This document shows, one piece after another, positions 32,701-42,600 of a stretch of 64,000 nt of DNA (position 1 is its first letter; each line of letters begins with the position of its first letter). This DNA comes from an uncultured virus (IMG/VR IMGVR_UViG_3300022602_000041). Taxonomy: Duplodnaviria; Heunggongvirae; Uroviricota; Caudoviricetes. The stretch lies in the IMG/VR virus record IMGVR_UViG_3300022602_000041. One strand, written 5' to 3'. Position numbers and translations under genes: made by a program. The notes beneath the pieces are model-generated. The model ran no database searches, had not been told where the DNA came from, and was given only the letters and a program-made list of their open reading frames with translations.

Positions 32701-35700
32701 CTACTAAGTTCTCTGCACTTGTTACTAATCTATAGAATGCACGACCAGAAACCATACTAAAATAATTAGAACCTAATAACAAGTCATAACTTAACGCATC
32801 AGTAATAGTACCAGCATCTCGATATGTTAATGACGAGCTGATTGCTGGATAGTCGTTAGCTACCCAATTTTTAATCCATGTTTGAATAGCTGTTCTGTTT
32901 GTTTGTATATTATTAAATGCAGTTAAGTTTGCACTGTTTACCCAAGAAGTACATGGAGGAATAGTTCCGTTTAAACCTGCACCTGTACTTAAACTGTTAC
33001 CAGTTCCGTTAGTGCTATTAACCCAATTTAGTACAGTAGTAACTAAACCGGTTGCAAATGTTGCGGCATTTGTTGATCCGGCAGCACCTGATGTCACTTG
33101 ACTAGCAGTATTACCTGAAGTTTTTGTCCAACTACCTGTGTTGGCTGTAACAATATACGGAATAATTGATTGTAAACGAGTCATCATGGCAACTGTTGCT
33201 GCCTGATAACCACTAATGATACTAGCTGTACCTAAACTATAATATGCTAAACCGTCTATTTGGCTTTGTGTATTACCACCGTAATTCATATCATAGATAA
33301 TTGAATTTAACAAATAACCGACATCACGTAATGTATATCCTTGATTTGTTGAACCCATTGCAGTCCATACAGAATTATAGTTAGCGTTCATAAACGCGGC
33401 TATTTCAGTCTGAATAAAAGAAATGTTTTGTTGAATTTGTGCTATACCGCCATCATATCCAACAGTTGAACCAGTTGCGTTACTACTACATGCAAATGCA
33501 ATGTTAGATAAAGTTGATCCAAATCCAACTGGTGTTGTTAAAGTATAAGTTCCAGTGTTAGGAACAGTAATTGATCCCGCAGTAATTGTAATTGTAGTTG
33601 TGCCGGCACCAGGAACTGCACTTAATCCACCAGCTAAAATAGTTTGAATTAAAGTTACATTGGTATTGACATTTGATGTAAATGTTCCGTAAGGACTTGT
33701 ACCAAGATATTGTTGTGTTGCAGTATTGGTAGAAGTTGGAATTACAGGAATATTTGCAGAAATAGCAGGTAACAACCACTGAATACGACGTAAAGCAGAT
33801 GCTGTTCTAGTTGTATCATTACCTAAATATGGTTGAGCAGATGCTACTTGAACTATGGTACTACGTAATTCATCGCCTAAGATAGCAGTATCTTGCGGAA
33901 CTACAATAGGACCATATTCATTATACGTACCAGTTTTTAAATAAATTGAAGTATGTGGTCTTTGTAGTAAAGGATTTCCAGCGTATGTGCCAGCTGCCAA
34001 TGCATTTGTTACAATACTTAACAAACTTTTTACAGTAGTTAATGCTCCTTGTTCAATGTTTGACGTTGCAATTTCTGAAGTATTTTGAATTGCTTGGCTT
34101 GAAACAGGAATACCTTGCGTAGTTTGATAGTTGTATTGAGGAGGACTATTTGTTAAAACAGCTGAAAATAAAGTATTTTCTAAATATTGTAAACTTGCAA
34201 TCCATACTGTCATTTCATAGCCAGCATTTGTTGTAATATAACTTGTTAATGTAGAGAAAAATGCTTGTGTAGCGGTGATACAATATAAGTTTCCACCGTG
34301 AGTTAAGTCAAATATTACTGCGTCAATTAGTGTACCTGCATCACGTTCTGCTTTTGATTGTGTATAACTAAAAATAACAGTACCTGAAGTAGAACTTCCA
34401 CCAGTAATTGGTAATGTTGCTCCACTCTTATAGCTTGTACTAATAGTGAATGTTGTGGCACTAGGAATAGTGTTTACATAGTAAACGGTTCCTGGAGTTA
34501 TTTGACTAGTAACAGCCGTTGTAAATGTAATAGGCATACCATAATACATGTTTGCAGTCGTTGTTTGACTACTTGTACTAGAACCGCCAACTATAAATGT
34601 ATTTCCAGATACACTTGATCCAGTTACATTAAAAGAATACTGATTTAGAATCCAGTTATTAACTTCTTTTAACATAAACTGTTTATTAATTTTTAAAGCA
34701 AGACCAGCATTTGTGTTTAAATAGCCATCTTCAATTTGTTTACATGCAAATAATAAAGAAGCCCATGGTTTGTCTAAACTTTGTCCTTGACTATTTCCTA
34801 CTATGTCTTGTCCTGTTGGAGCTACGTAAACAATATTTTGTAATAAACCATAATACGCCCATGATGGTACATTACCGTTAACACGAAGGATTTGTCCATC
34901 GGTACCGATTGGTAATCTAGTAGCACCATTTGCTCCAAAATATACCATATCGCCAGTTGATGTTAGCACACCACCATTTGCGCCTTGAGCCAATATGTTC
35001 CAGTATGTTGCAGATGTATCACTAACTGGGTCATTAACACCAGTTGAACCTACATGAGAACTTACACAAATATAACTGCTATTGCCGTAATAAACTGCAT
35101 CGCCGATAAGATAAGTTATACCTGTTCTCCATGTAACAGCAAAACCACTTGTAACTGTGACTGTTGCAATTGCATTTCCAAGAACTGTTGCTACGGTTAA
35201 TATAATATCATTAGCAGGACTTAAACCTCCTAGGTTTGTTCCTAGAATTTTAATAGTATTACCTACTGAATATCCACCGCCAGCTTGGCCAGTGTGAACT
35301 ACTACAGAATATGTTGTACCAGTTAGTGTTATATCGAATGTTGCCGCAGTTCCTGTTCCAACTACGTTAATTCCGCTTATTCCAGAATAGGTATATACGG
35401 ATGGTTGGGCCCAACGTATACCGGGATTCAATTGACTCCAATTTGCATTACCAGTAGCGGGTTGAGATCCTGTATTATCAGCAGCCGCAACATAAGTAAA
35501 TCCGCCTAAAGTAACTATATCACCAATTTTATATGCAGTACCCGATACCCAAGCTCCTGAAAAAGTTAATCCAGTTGTAAAGATTTGCCAATAAGCAGTT
35601 TGAGTGCTAGGTACTTGGCCGATATTATTTTGAATAGCAGTGTAAGTATATCCTCCATACGTAACTAAATCACCGATTGCATAGTTGATTGAATTAGACC

Positions 35701-36649
35701 AAGAATTTTGAAATTCTAATCCGTTAACAAACATACTAAAGTTTGTTGTATTAATTGTTGATCCAGATGATGTATGTGGAACTGTACAAATCCAAAGATC
35801 TGCACCATACTTAACGATATCATTTAATTTGTAACGTGTGGCACTTGTCCATGTACCAATGTAATTTAATCCAGCATTAAATGTTGACCAGAATCCTGAA
35901 TTACTTTCTAGTCCGGCTGTTGCTGTGCTTGCAGATATGTGAGCAGTATTACAAACATAAGTCACTCCGCCATAGTAGACAAAATCGTTAATTTTATATT
36001 TTGTACTTGTTGCCCAAGCATTACTCCAGTTTAGATTTGAAGCAAAAACTGTCCAGTCATTAATTTGACTTTCTAAGTAACCGGTTCCTGATACAGTTCC
36101 GGGTGTTGCAAGAACATATGTTCCTGTCAATGCAAATGTAAGATTAGTATTGCTACATGTGAGAACTGTAAATGTTGTATTAACATTGTTTACAGTACCA
36201 CTGGTTTGAGATGGACTAAATCCTGACAATGTAATTTGTTGTCCTACAACAAATGGAATACCAGATGTTTGATTAGCAAAAGTTAATGTTGCAGTACCAC
36301 TGGATAATGCAAGTCCAGTAGCAGTTATTGTTAATGTAGACGCTACACTAGTATTTGCTGTAGTACATTGATATATTGTACTACCGTATTCAACTAAATC
36401 TCCGGGATTGTATAAAGTAGAATTACCCCATGTGCCTTTCCATGACTGACCATCTGCTATCAAATTCCATTTAGTTGTACCAGCGCCGCCAGCTAAATCT
36501 GTTGCAAATAATGCAGAAGAAGTATGTGCTAAGACACAAATATATGTTTTTCCACCGTTTGTAACTACATCATCAACAACATATGTGGTGCTAGTTGTCC
36601 AAGTACCTTGGTATACAAACTTAATTCTACCTAATTTAAATTCTGCCAT
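20720..36649 (-). CDS. Giant virion fibre/adhesin protein (5309 aa): CBM5/12-like repeats, split pectin-lyase-like beta-helix, helical RD repeats, FCCH-like repeats, beta-propeller
   Basis: Uninterrupted ORF; N-terminal W..sT.Y..gD.V.yGG..Y.C repeats; GDELRST and DYTQVLSDGIG motifs; W..v.YGnG.fvA blades; paralog of 36698-46054. Confidence 0.85.
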   Translation of the reverse strand: MAEFKLGRIKFVYQGTWTTSTTYVVDDVVTNGGKTYICVLAHTSSALFATDLAGGAGTTKWNLIADGQSWKGTWGNSTLYNPGDLVEYGSTIYQCTTANTSVASTLTITATGLALSSGTATLTFANQTSGIPFVVGQQITLSGFSPSQTSGTVNNVNTTFTVLTCSNTNLTFALTGTYVLATPGTVSGTGYLESQINDWTVFASNLNWSNAWATSTKYKINDFVYYGGVTYVCNTAHISASTATAGLESNSGFWSTFNAGLNYIGTWTSATRYKLNDIVKYGADLWICTVPHTSSGSTINTTNFSMFVNGLEFQNSWSNSINYAIGDLVTYGGYTYTAIQNNIGQVPSTQTAYWQIFTTGLTFSGAWVSGTAYKIGDIVTLGGFTYVAAADNTGSQPATGNANWSQLNPGIRWAQPSVYTYSGISGINVVGTGTAATFDITLTGTTYSVVVHTGQAGGGYSVGNTIKILGTNLGGLSPANDIILTVATVLGNAIATVTVTSGFAVTWRTGITYLIGDAVYYGNSSYICVSSHVGSTGVNDPVSDTSATYWNILAQGANGGVLTSTGDMVYFGANGATRLPIGTDGQILRVNGNVPSWAYYGLLQNIVYVAPTGQDIVGNSQGQSLDKPWASLLFACKQIEDGYLNTNAGLALKINKQFMLKEVNNWILNQYSFNVTGSSVSGNTFIVGGSSTSSQTTTANMYYGMPITFTTAVTSQITPGTVYYVNTIPSATTFTISTSYKSGATLPITGGSSTSGTVIFSYTQSKAERDAGTLIDAVIFDLTHGGNLYCITATQAFFSTLTSYITTNAGYEMTVWIASLQYLENTLFSAVLTNSPPQYNYQTTQGIPVSSQAIQNTSEIATSNIEQGALTTVKSLLSIVTNALAAGTYAGNPLLQRPHTSIYLKTGTYNEYGPIVVPQDTAILGDELRSTIVQVASAQPYLGNDTTRTASALRRIQWLLPAISANIPVIPTSTNTATQQYLGTSPYGTFTSNVNTNVTLIQTILAGGLSAVPGAGTTTITITAGSITVPNTGTYTLTTPVGFGSTLSNIAFACSSNATGSTVGYDGGIAQIQQNISFIQTEIAAFMNANYNSVWTAMGSTNQGYTLRDVGYLLNSIIYDMNYGGNTQSQIDGLAYYSLGTASIISGYQAATVAMMTRLQSIIPYIVTANTGSWTKTSGNTASQVTSGAAGSTNAATFATGLVTTVLNWVNSTNGTGNSLSTGAGLNGTIPPCTSWVNSANLTAFNNIQTNRTAIQTWIKNWVANDYPAISSSLTYRDAGTITDALSYDLLLGSNYFSMVSGRAFYRLVTSAENLVGNVNNELTVTEQAINYIGAQVAGYANGSTTPAGASGSAINLGNSQVIPSLVANSQLLQNILSNGLTYSPVFGSGSVIISQSALASVVNNSTTGIAYTSTTVALPVGTPITITRTSSGTAITGNLTIGGVAISAIASGASVTYYTGSTTTATSTALYANYANAIASSSPLTIGGTTTTGATFTIGITTPTAGTFTLTTPTGFNTSSLTNTAYSITGLGVSGYTGNTTGDTTGYGYGAANIAANISFLQTEIANYLNAYTGSGFSWNALSAVNQGKTLRDLSYILQSVQYDMTYGGNLQSQTQGVGYYSLGVASLSPASTVAASIASLTRLQTIIPYIVNGTTVGWTPSTGNTATQVIVTSGTYTNAATYAQALIGNIINWINGTNGTGNSASTGIGLSGTVLPCTSWVSASAISAFNAINAQKSYVQTQIQTFVATQYPNNVTNLALTYRDAGTVVDTLNYDMLLGSNYFTLVSGRSFYKAVSSAQALVSSTELSATEIATQYIAYYISGIATQALTLPALTGDFGNPAAVNLVVNNTAIIQNMFANGLTITPGIQNNTNYGANLGIVQEPAFNMPTVANYNTYYLVGYGYAVTQLQNNYQFIKDEIVAYLIQTIGGSTWANYGPTYQAETIRDLSNILDALQYDMTYGCNDQSLIAGRAFYSLNTPLIVSPYTAGVTAALNRLAAIISSIVTANAISPTSGNTTSQSTSGTAGSAAAGAFAVARVADVQYWLANGVQNTTTGVGTATFSGTTMTVSAVASGTFAVGQAVTGTTLTTTATAVNGSTGVVTLTSTVGLASGMPITFSVAYGSGNQGLFGNLSATTYTINAVVGSTVTLYNYGTTTAPSLTTATGQLTVTAGVAPGTYITSIGSTGGGTGAYTVSVSQTLSTATTVTGTFTITPVVSGAFNFASPANQLSFNAIQAQATLIANDAQAWVTRFFQNEGPSLSLTNRDAAYVVTALSYDVLFGSNFYSIINGRAFNRLIPSIARLQGNYADSAYGAIGFIGQKIKVIASAGSVVQTQTTIDDMIAQIYGQPITTCVFNATVNGTQLIVNNITSGAIVPGMPISGIGVATGTSTVSGATTTLSGIYISSNTGVFGCTALTSPLVVGQQVTITGTFSAGSISGYTSGTIYYVIGSPTTTLFQLSATQGGTALTTVAAGSSGSPLTGITFVASPTTWLLNYSQSVSSTVTSIQNIIPTSNLITMGTTAGMVPGLSITITGTAIGNLTAGTYYIKQVLNTTQLTISSSYNGSVFSVTPLTTLSGVTVTSSAGTFTCTAASTTLTTGLPVTISGTNTGSGGIYGYSSPTTYYIVNTNGSTTFTLSASIGGSAIVTTVGTPTGWTFAVGSQGSMVATVYGIYSGLALTTNLVGTSTNIPVTAVTTSTNAITLSSDAGVYINMPVVFSGLPNNINTTAISTTTSTNVITLAASASSLGIVAGQQVYFTGMMLGKIVFNQNYYVINPTGSTIQISNTLGGSAVSLTSSPTLSTVAITGTSGQFSCASYSTLYVGQAITINGTLSAGTINTNSTITAQTFYIIATNGSTTFTLSATSGGVAIVTTTSGGTITGTTFGVNAQMNVVVNTAGGLVNGDTYWVNSVASGTYPAAGTTITVSSSYKSGTAVVITNSLTGLTATASIGLYTNQGIASKIVNGMSQVWGNPTNSYQSYPGYNNTMTTIMGAELFRLNKSFLAGEAAFWTQANYGSTSTSTTSGTNIITTSTPHNLLVNDPVQFGLTGSIFEYGLNSTTIYWVLSTPSSTTFTVTTTQPGTGAQSAVSLSGGTGAMGVNYYIITSKATRDAGYHVDAMIYDLALTGNYKSTRSVQLYLSAANGALYTNLFHVRNGTGIRNMTLNGMGGTLSLPNSLGTKRPTGGIYTSLDPGFGPNDSSVWEFIRSCYIQNVTNFGNGCVGLKIDAALHNGGNRSILANDYTQVLSDGIGVYCTGHGALTECVSVFNYYCYSGYFAEYGGRIRATNGNSSYGTFGAVAEGTDSYEIPGYSTINNRGNPAYITNVVTDATNYVFRLEFENAGSAYTNYVPTISGAGYNAVAIGDEFRDSAVFESRLIDLNNGTGVGGSNYLTISNTAQSGTVGQITIANSDTQLSTAYIGMRVFLTGGTGVGQYGIALNYTFGSKIINVYRQNFVPLTIISNSTSVFTVSTNTNTMYANQPIYLSATIAGLTFATVYYVVGSTLSNNGTTFSLSTSSGGGAATLTATSSTPAVMNGSTIVGTTLTVGTLASGTIYAGMLLSGSGIASNTYISANISGSGNGSTWTVTTSQNLASTNITGTISVQLYEAGWDHAVPGYATANVLDATTTYIIEPMLSYSSPGFTATTTSITSGQYGSATYGSGSFVATSSPGIVTSYSTNGSTWNAGGSLPSNTAWNNVVYGGGQGAKGTAVIGGLGGSGAILSAILGSGSTAGQIIGINIINGGNNYSTPPTIVITDSTGNGAVAIAEVLSGVVTNVYMNITGSLYSSSPTVTAITSELSGITVNSWGNNYFSNPTVTIAPPFNATSWVSGGTVVNGNYYYNVDTTVSPNVTNYYQAGATGTFSSTAPTFTNKYYGKSGASATGIGASGTYGVALTYVGSLPIVTANLTTNGVSSYTVVQAGFGYSTIPTVTVVDPYAAYAAISGSSNAFAYNTGAPTASIQVVVASSSGTTITLAYAVSLPQNTPITFASSFGAGPGVTASTTYYVAATTSSSTSLTLASSINGSAITIGTTTGLAIIGTTSNSTTLTAAWLSGSSTGLTTLKSLAYGNNYYIAVGGSGSAAAVSLYNNTSLASASWVNQSSSITANSSGYTAVAYGAGLFCAIGGTVSSFMQSNPTSWATGGTLTSKTWASLAYGNGRFVALATDGTLQYTYNWQPSLWTGTSATNNTWITVKNNPLVTTGVTTWSNIKYAEGLFVAISSSPNEVFTATSVSGNNISVSNTTGLVAGATIIPTAVTEITTASATTHSTASSLGIIGNGASSPSAGTILTPISSITGTYAVGALLTSSGTITAGTYITASNSFTSTSSTISGSTLTVGGTITGTVSVGQQITGPTFSNTSAIILNSYYTSASPTNVLVMPASAQTGTTFVGGLLSGSGITANTTYITGQTTSTGTISIAIGSTANITASISGTTLTVTANSGTINIGMVLGGGTVAAGTFIVANSAGTTTSSVSVWTVNISQSATVTTATPYTATVSSASGTFFPGMTLTGGTATTGTIVTAQVSSTAGAGGTQNYSSGGAAGASTVTLAAGTGFAAGQLITGNGIFANTYITSVAGAVITISQPFYSQASGSYTSFTASSNGGYYVTPAQTGTTATGGNAYTVTSGVGFIATTTISGQLNSYIVATGSGSGGAGTYTINNSVTISSGTTINGQSYTVSTSQLTTSATITGTLDSITVGSTAGMAIGEPIVFSGTTGGGITNGSTYYITEIISSTALSVGSTYLATSNVTVNGSTPPSSVVAGGLLGGLTSGNTYYIASINSGANTIQVSTSSTLSPVLTLSGGVGAWTAVAGEIGGGNNYVATSWDGLNWYVTTMPALSSYQGLAFGNPQNATLGAVPTWVAVSSSPGTTAALIQTGARPLGRVKISSSTISEVRMIEPGSGFPRGNVSGTTSTTNLIIVDSTVNLAANMPVVFNGTSAGNITTGQYYYVVGGTITSTTFQISLTAGSSAIPLTSTTITGMTYFAGPTITIVDPNHVNSAPIVPRIGNGVLGNPSFTNRGVGETTATSIVSGDGYSDLYQIGNYINVSGLYSIPSPGSNVTFATITGSAQWYKLVAVTNQLGIPGNYTATFQINPAMSVLLAPPHGTQITTRLLYSNTRMTGHDFLYIGTGGFTSTNYPNVDPSKAVTANQTFATGGGRVFFTSTDQDGNFNVGNLFGVQQSTGTATLNASAFNLSGLQSLTLGSVSLGVGSATITQFSTDPYFTANSDAIVPTQKAIKAYITSQIGGGQSALNVNTITSGQIYIAGNTISTTTGNQIYVSSKMLFTGGIDGAPVALSFFGQK

Positions 36650-36670
36650 TTTATATCATCCTCTTGATAG

Positions 36671-36676
36671 TATTTA
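36671..36676 (-). promoter_or_regulatory. Late promoter (GATAAATA) for the 5309-aa gene
   Basis: Upstream of a GAGG SD and the ATG at 36649. Confidence 0.65.
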
Positions 36677-36697
36677 TCTCGTTTCGTTTTTCTAAGT

Positions 36698-39600
36698 TTA
36701 TGATCTATGGAAGGCATTTCTTCCATAAAAGTCAAATGCCGCCATGTTGCCATCTACACCTTTTGCATTTATGTAAACTTTATTTCCCATCTTTACACTA
36801 GATCCTGCTACACCGTTAGGAATAGATGATTGAATAAAATTAGGATTACCTACTTCTATTGTACCAGCAATCAACGTTCCGGTAAATGTATTAGCACCAC
36901 CTTGACTTAATCTACTTGTTATGTAAGATTTAATAGCCTTTTGTGTAGGAAGAATCGCATCTGAGTTCGCGGTAAATGCAGGATCAGTACTAAATTGCGA
37001 AATAATAATTTGATTACTGCCGACTGCTAGTCCACCCAAACTCAATTGGCTCAAACCAATCAATCCAAATTGTGTAGCACTTAATGTAACTGTACCAGTT
37101 GACTGTTGTACTCCAAACAAACTACCTACAGCAAAGTTACCGTTTTCATCTGTACTCACATAAAACACGTGACCTTGATTAATCTCAACTGCTTCATTGC
37201 CTGGTATGGCTGTTGTTTCATCCCAATTTGGATAATTTGTTCTTTCTCGATTACCAGTACCGATACTTAAAAAGTCATGGTTTGTTAAACGTACTTGACT
37301 ATACAAAGCACGAACAGAGAATGGTGTTACATTCGCTGGACTATTTGCTACTGTCATTGCAGGCGATATCTGAATGTTAGCTTCGATAAAAGGTGCTACT
37401 GTACCAAATACTGCATAAGCACTAGTTACTTTATAAATCTGACTCACACCACTGATAACAATATTGCTTCCTACCGCAGGTACTGTTTGCAAATTATTAC
37501 AAATAATAGTGTATCCTGTTTGATATGTATCAGCATAACCGTTTCCTGAAATTACAATTGCTGTAGAAGTAGTGTTATATCCTGTTCCTCTATTAACAAA
37601 TGTCGGGTTACTCAATGTACCATTGCCTAATCTGTCTTGTACTAAACAAGTTATTTGAGCATTAAAATCAGTAAATGTAGTAGTAGGTGTTGAAGTATAA
37701 TTTGATCCAGTTTCCCACTGTGTAACTAATGTTATTACTCCAGATGTTACCTGCGCACGACCTTGCCCTCTAACTCCTTCGTAAATAACAGTAGCATTAC
37801 CACTTACACTACCAGTGCCTGATAATGTTACAAACAATCCATTATTATTTAAATCGAAACCAAAAGTGACATTTGAAATATTGCCGTAAGGTAGGGTTCG
37901 TTGATACCAATAAACTCCACCATCACTACAATATTCGGTTGTAGATGCATTATTAGTTGCAACAAATGCTCCTTGTCCATAACCAATAGAAGTTGCTGAC
38001 AAATATGTTAAGCCTTGATACCAATTAACTCCATCGAATGTGTAAGCTGGGAATAAACCTACACCGCTCTGTACAGCAACAAAACGACTGTTGCCCCAAG
38101 CAATACCTGTATAGTTTGGAGTACCACCTAATGCAAATGATAATCCAATCGGAGATCCAGCTGTTGTAGTATTGATAGCTGTAAATGTTGGATATGTCGA
38201 CGATAGCGTAAATTGTGTTGCACCGTTAGTAGTACTATAGACATAATAATTACCGTTTTCTACTGCACCGGTTCCAACATTAGTACCAGTAATTACCATA
38301 GTCTGGCCGGGTATTATCTGTATCGGACTTGCTGAACAAGCAAATGAACCTCCGCTACTTGCAATAGTTACACCAGAAAGTACTTTTGAACTAGTCGGTG
38401 CGTTACTTTGTATCCAAGTATTTCCGTCTGAACTGAACGCAGTTGTGCCATCTGTTGCAATACATATAAACACACCATTACCATATGTTACCTGACTCCA
38501 GAATTTAGTTGTTAATAAACCTGTTGCACTAGCTGACCAAGTATAACCGAAGTTAGTAGAGTATGCGGCTGGTCCTACAATTGATACGATAGCAAAAGTT
38601 GTGCTTGCTGTAGCAATTCCAGATACCATTAACCAAGTATTAAACACTGAATTATATGCGCAATCGGCCCATTGTTGTACGCTTGGCATTGGACATAGCA
38701 ACCAATTGATACCGTCTACACTAGTTGCCGAGCTTTGTGCGGCAGTTGCTCCAGGATTTTGAGCTAAGTATTGTCCGTTACCGTATCTAATATTTTGCCA
38801 ATTTAATGTTGCAGTACTGGTTAAAACAGAACTAGTAGTATTGGTCCAAGTATAGCCATTTGAGGTAGTAGCTGTAGTACCATTTTGTGCAATTGCTACA
38901 AATATACCAATAATCGGATCAAACGCAATACCAGTCCATATTGCACTAACAGGTAATGTACTTGCTGTCCATGTTTGTCCAGTAACTAAACTATACGCGG
39001 CTGCGGTACTTGCAGTAGTTCCTCCAGAAACTACCACAAAAATACCATTACCGTAAGCGATACTAGTCCAATTTTGAACTGATGGTAATGAATAAGTTGT
39101 CCAAGCTATTCCACTGTTTGTACTAACTTCAATAGATGAAGTGTTATATCCTGCTGTAGCATAAACTCCTAAGCCGCTTGCGACAACAGATTGGAAATTG
39201 CCGGCTGATAAATTCATCGTGCCACCAGTTAACCATGTTAAACCAGTTGTAGTGTATGCACTAACTGGTGCTCCACTGGCTGCTGTACCTACCGCAACAA
39301 ATGTTGTTGTACCTGCGTTATATGCAAGATCGTTCCATACATAAGATGCACTTAAAGTGGTACCGTAATTCCAAGTAGATCCATTATTAGTACTATATCC
39401 AGTAACTCCATTTTGACTTAATGCTACCAATAATCCATTACCGTATCTTACCGCATTCCATTTAGCTGAAGAAACTGTTACAGGTGTTGATGTAGTTTGT
39501 GTTGAATTGGATGCAATAGCACAAAATATACCATTACCGTAAGAGATACTAGTCCAATTATATGTTGCAGGTAAGTTAGAAGTATACCAACTTTTTCCTG

Positions 39601-42600
39601 CAGAATTAGAATATATAGCTACACTAGATCCTGAAGATGTTCCTAACGCAACCCAATAGTTATTACCATAAGCAACGTCGGTATAAGAACCGACAGTGGA
39701 TGGTAGCGCTATTGAAGTCCAGGTTAAACCGTTAGTCGATGTTGCACCAACTGTTCCTCCATTAGGCATTGCCATAAACATGTTGTTTCCATACGTAACC
39801 GATTGCCATGTTGCTCCGGATAATGGAGTTGTAACTGTGCCTAAAGACTGTGACCATGATGGCAATGAATATGTTACTCTAGGTTCGATAAAATATATAG
39901 ATTGGCTATCTAAAGCAACTGCATTAGGAGTACCTGGGTTAAAATTATCCCACCCACTAGCACCTAACTGCATAGTTCCTGTGGCCGTAATTAAAGTTAC
40001 TGGAGTACCTGCCAAAGAAGTACTCACCGATATTGTTGGTGTAGTGCCTGGGTTAATAGCGGTAATATAATATTTTGTATAAGAATTTAAGCCGCCAATT
40101 AAAGATAAAGAGAATGTTCCAGTCATAGTGCTTGCTACACCAATAGTATTAGATACTTGAACACGAGGCCCTGTTGTAGATGCTAACATCGAGCCAGAAC
40201 CTCCACCTAAAGCATTTGCTGCCGGAGCAGTTCTTACGTTAATTTGGCCTACTGCACTAGTTAAGTTCACAGGGTTAATACCATCTGTTGAAATCTGAAT
40301 TTGATTCAAAGTTGGATTTGGATTTAAAATGTAATAAATTGTTTCAGGTAAAATTCCACCAAAGTTACGAGTTGGAGCAATGCCGCTAAAGATAACTGGT
40401 TGTCCTGCTTGCCAAGATAACACTGATGTGCTTATCTGAATAACGTTTGTACTAAAGACTGTAGCGGTAGCTGTTGTTCTGATTAACGTAGATGTTATTT
40501 GGAAACTTGTTCCTCCAGTAATATTGCTAATATAATATGTTGTATTTGTTGTAATGGCCGCATCAAATGTGTTACCAGTAAACACGATTGCATTTAAAGG
40601 AATTAGAGAAGCAGTACTCGCAACTGTGATAGTATTAGTCGATCCACCAACACTAGCTGTTGCTGTTAGTGAAATTGATGTAGAAGATACTGTAAAATTG
40701 CTAGCGTCAATAATATCATTTACATAATAATTTTGACCTAGTGTTAAACCTCCTAACGATACTCCAGTAAATTCAATAGGAATACATGGTACCATATTAA
40801 CTGTTGAATTTGTACCAGTCAAATACAATGAGTAATTAGGGAATGTGATTATCATTGTATTGCCAGCAATTTGGCCTACTGTAGATAATTGAATAGCCTG
40901 ACCACTTAAAGTAGGAGCGATTTGAATATTATTACCTGAGATATTAATAATGTAATAAATGTAATTGGTTGTTATAGTAAATCCTGTACCAGCTCCTAAT
41001 GTAAAGATCACTGGCATATTAAGGAATAAAGAAGCTGTGCTTGAAACTTGAATAGTATTGGTCGTTCCACCAACTGTTGCAACTGCTGTTATTGTTCCTA
41101 GAGATGCAGAAGTAATTGTAGAACTAAAATAAGTTGGTACAAATTGTACTACTTGATTAACATATATTCTACTTAAATCAGTTCCTGGAGTTAAAGAAAT
41201 TAAATTATTTGCAGGAGTTAAACTATATTGAGTAGCCGTAACTGTTATTGTATCTACACTTTCTTTTAAAATTAATGCTGTTCTTGCGGCAATACCGTTT
41301 GAATCAGTTGTCGACAATTTATTATAATATCCAATCCAACCGTATTGGCCTGCGCCTGTACCTGATTGTATTAGAACTCGCATATTAATATAATTGTATA
41401 CCCCAGCATCCGAATTAGATAATTGTATCGAATACAAATCACCTTGTGTTGCATTTGCCGTATTAGTAGCATACCCTGCACCACCAGTGTAACCATTACT
41501 ATCAGTAATTATTCGAGTATTAAAAATTGCTTTGCTTCTGTTTTCATCTCCAGTTAAAGATGCTCCGAAACCTGCTCCGGTAACTTCATAATTAGCGTAT
41601 GCTGTAAACATACCACTGGCTGTTTCTAGATAAAAATTCGGTGATCCTGATGCAGTCGATATTTCAACTTGAGAACCGTATATGATTGAATAACTATTTG
41701 CCACTGGAGCATCAGCACCTTGTGGGAATAATCTAAAAGTTAAAGTAGTATTCAACCCGGTTAAGTCACTGACGGCTAACCAAACTCTGTACCAACCAGC
41801 TTTTAATGTCTTTTGGGCTCCGTAACTAACTGGTGATAATCCAGCATTTGTAACATTACCTAGTGCAGATCCAGCATATGGTGTTACAACATTGCTAGTT
41901 ACATTGTAACTTACACCACTAACAACTGTGCTAGATCCAGAAAATATAGCTTGTATATCTACAGTGTTAGATGAACCTGGATAAACATAACAACTTAAAG
42001 TATAAGTTTGACTTGTTCCAGATGGTACAGTTCCGCTAATTGACACAGACCCTGCTGACGTTTGTATTGTTCCTACTTTAATATTAGAAGAACTAGTAGC
42101 AGTATAAGTTCCTACATATGTTAATGTAACGTTACCGCTGGTTAAGTTTTGAGCTAAAACAGGAGGAGTTGTACCAAATGTACCAGTACTTGTAGCCAAA
42201 TAATAATTAGTTGAGCCATATACTGCATTGTAATAATAATAGTAAGTACCATTAGTAGCTGAACCATTACTTGTCCACTGGGGCATTGTAACGCTGACTA
42301 CAGTAATTGTTGCATCGTTTGTGCCTGTTTGTCCTCCAAATACAGATCCATATACTGTTACAGTCTGCCCTACAGTATATATTATACCACCGTTTACAAC
42401 AGATGCTGTGTATCCTGCAGGAGTTGCTGTTATATTAAAAGTGGCGCCGCTACCAGTACCATTAGAAGTACCACTAATATTTGCAAAATAATGCCCTGTA
42501 GGATTAATATTAATTGCTTGACTAATATATCCAGTACCTGGTGTACCTTGAGCGCCAGTTAATAGCCATGCTTCTGAATACCCTGTTGGTGCAATATTAT

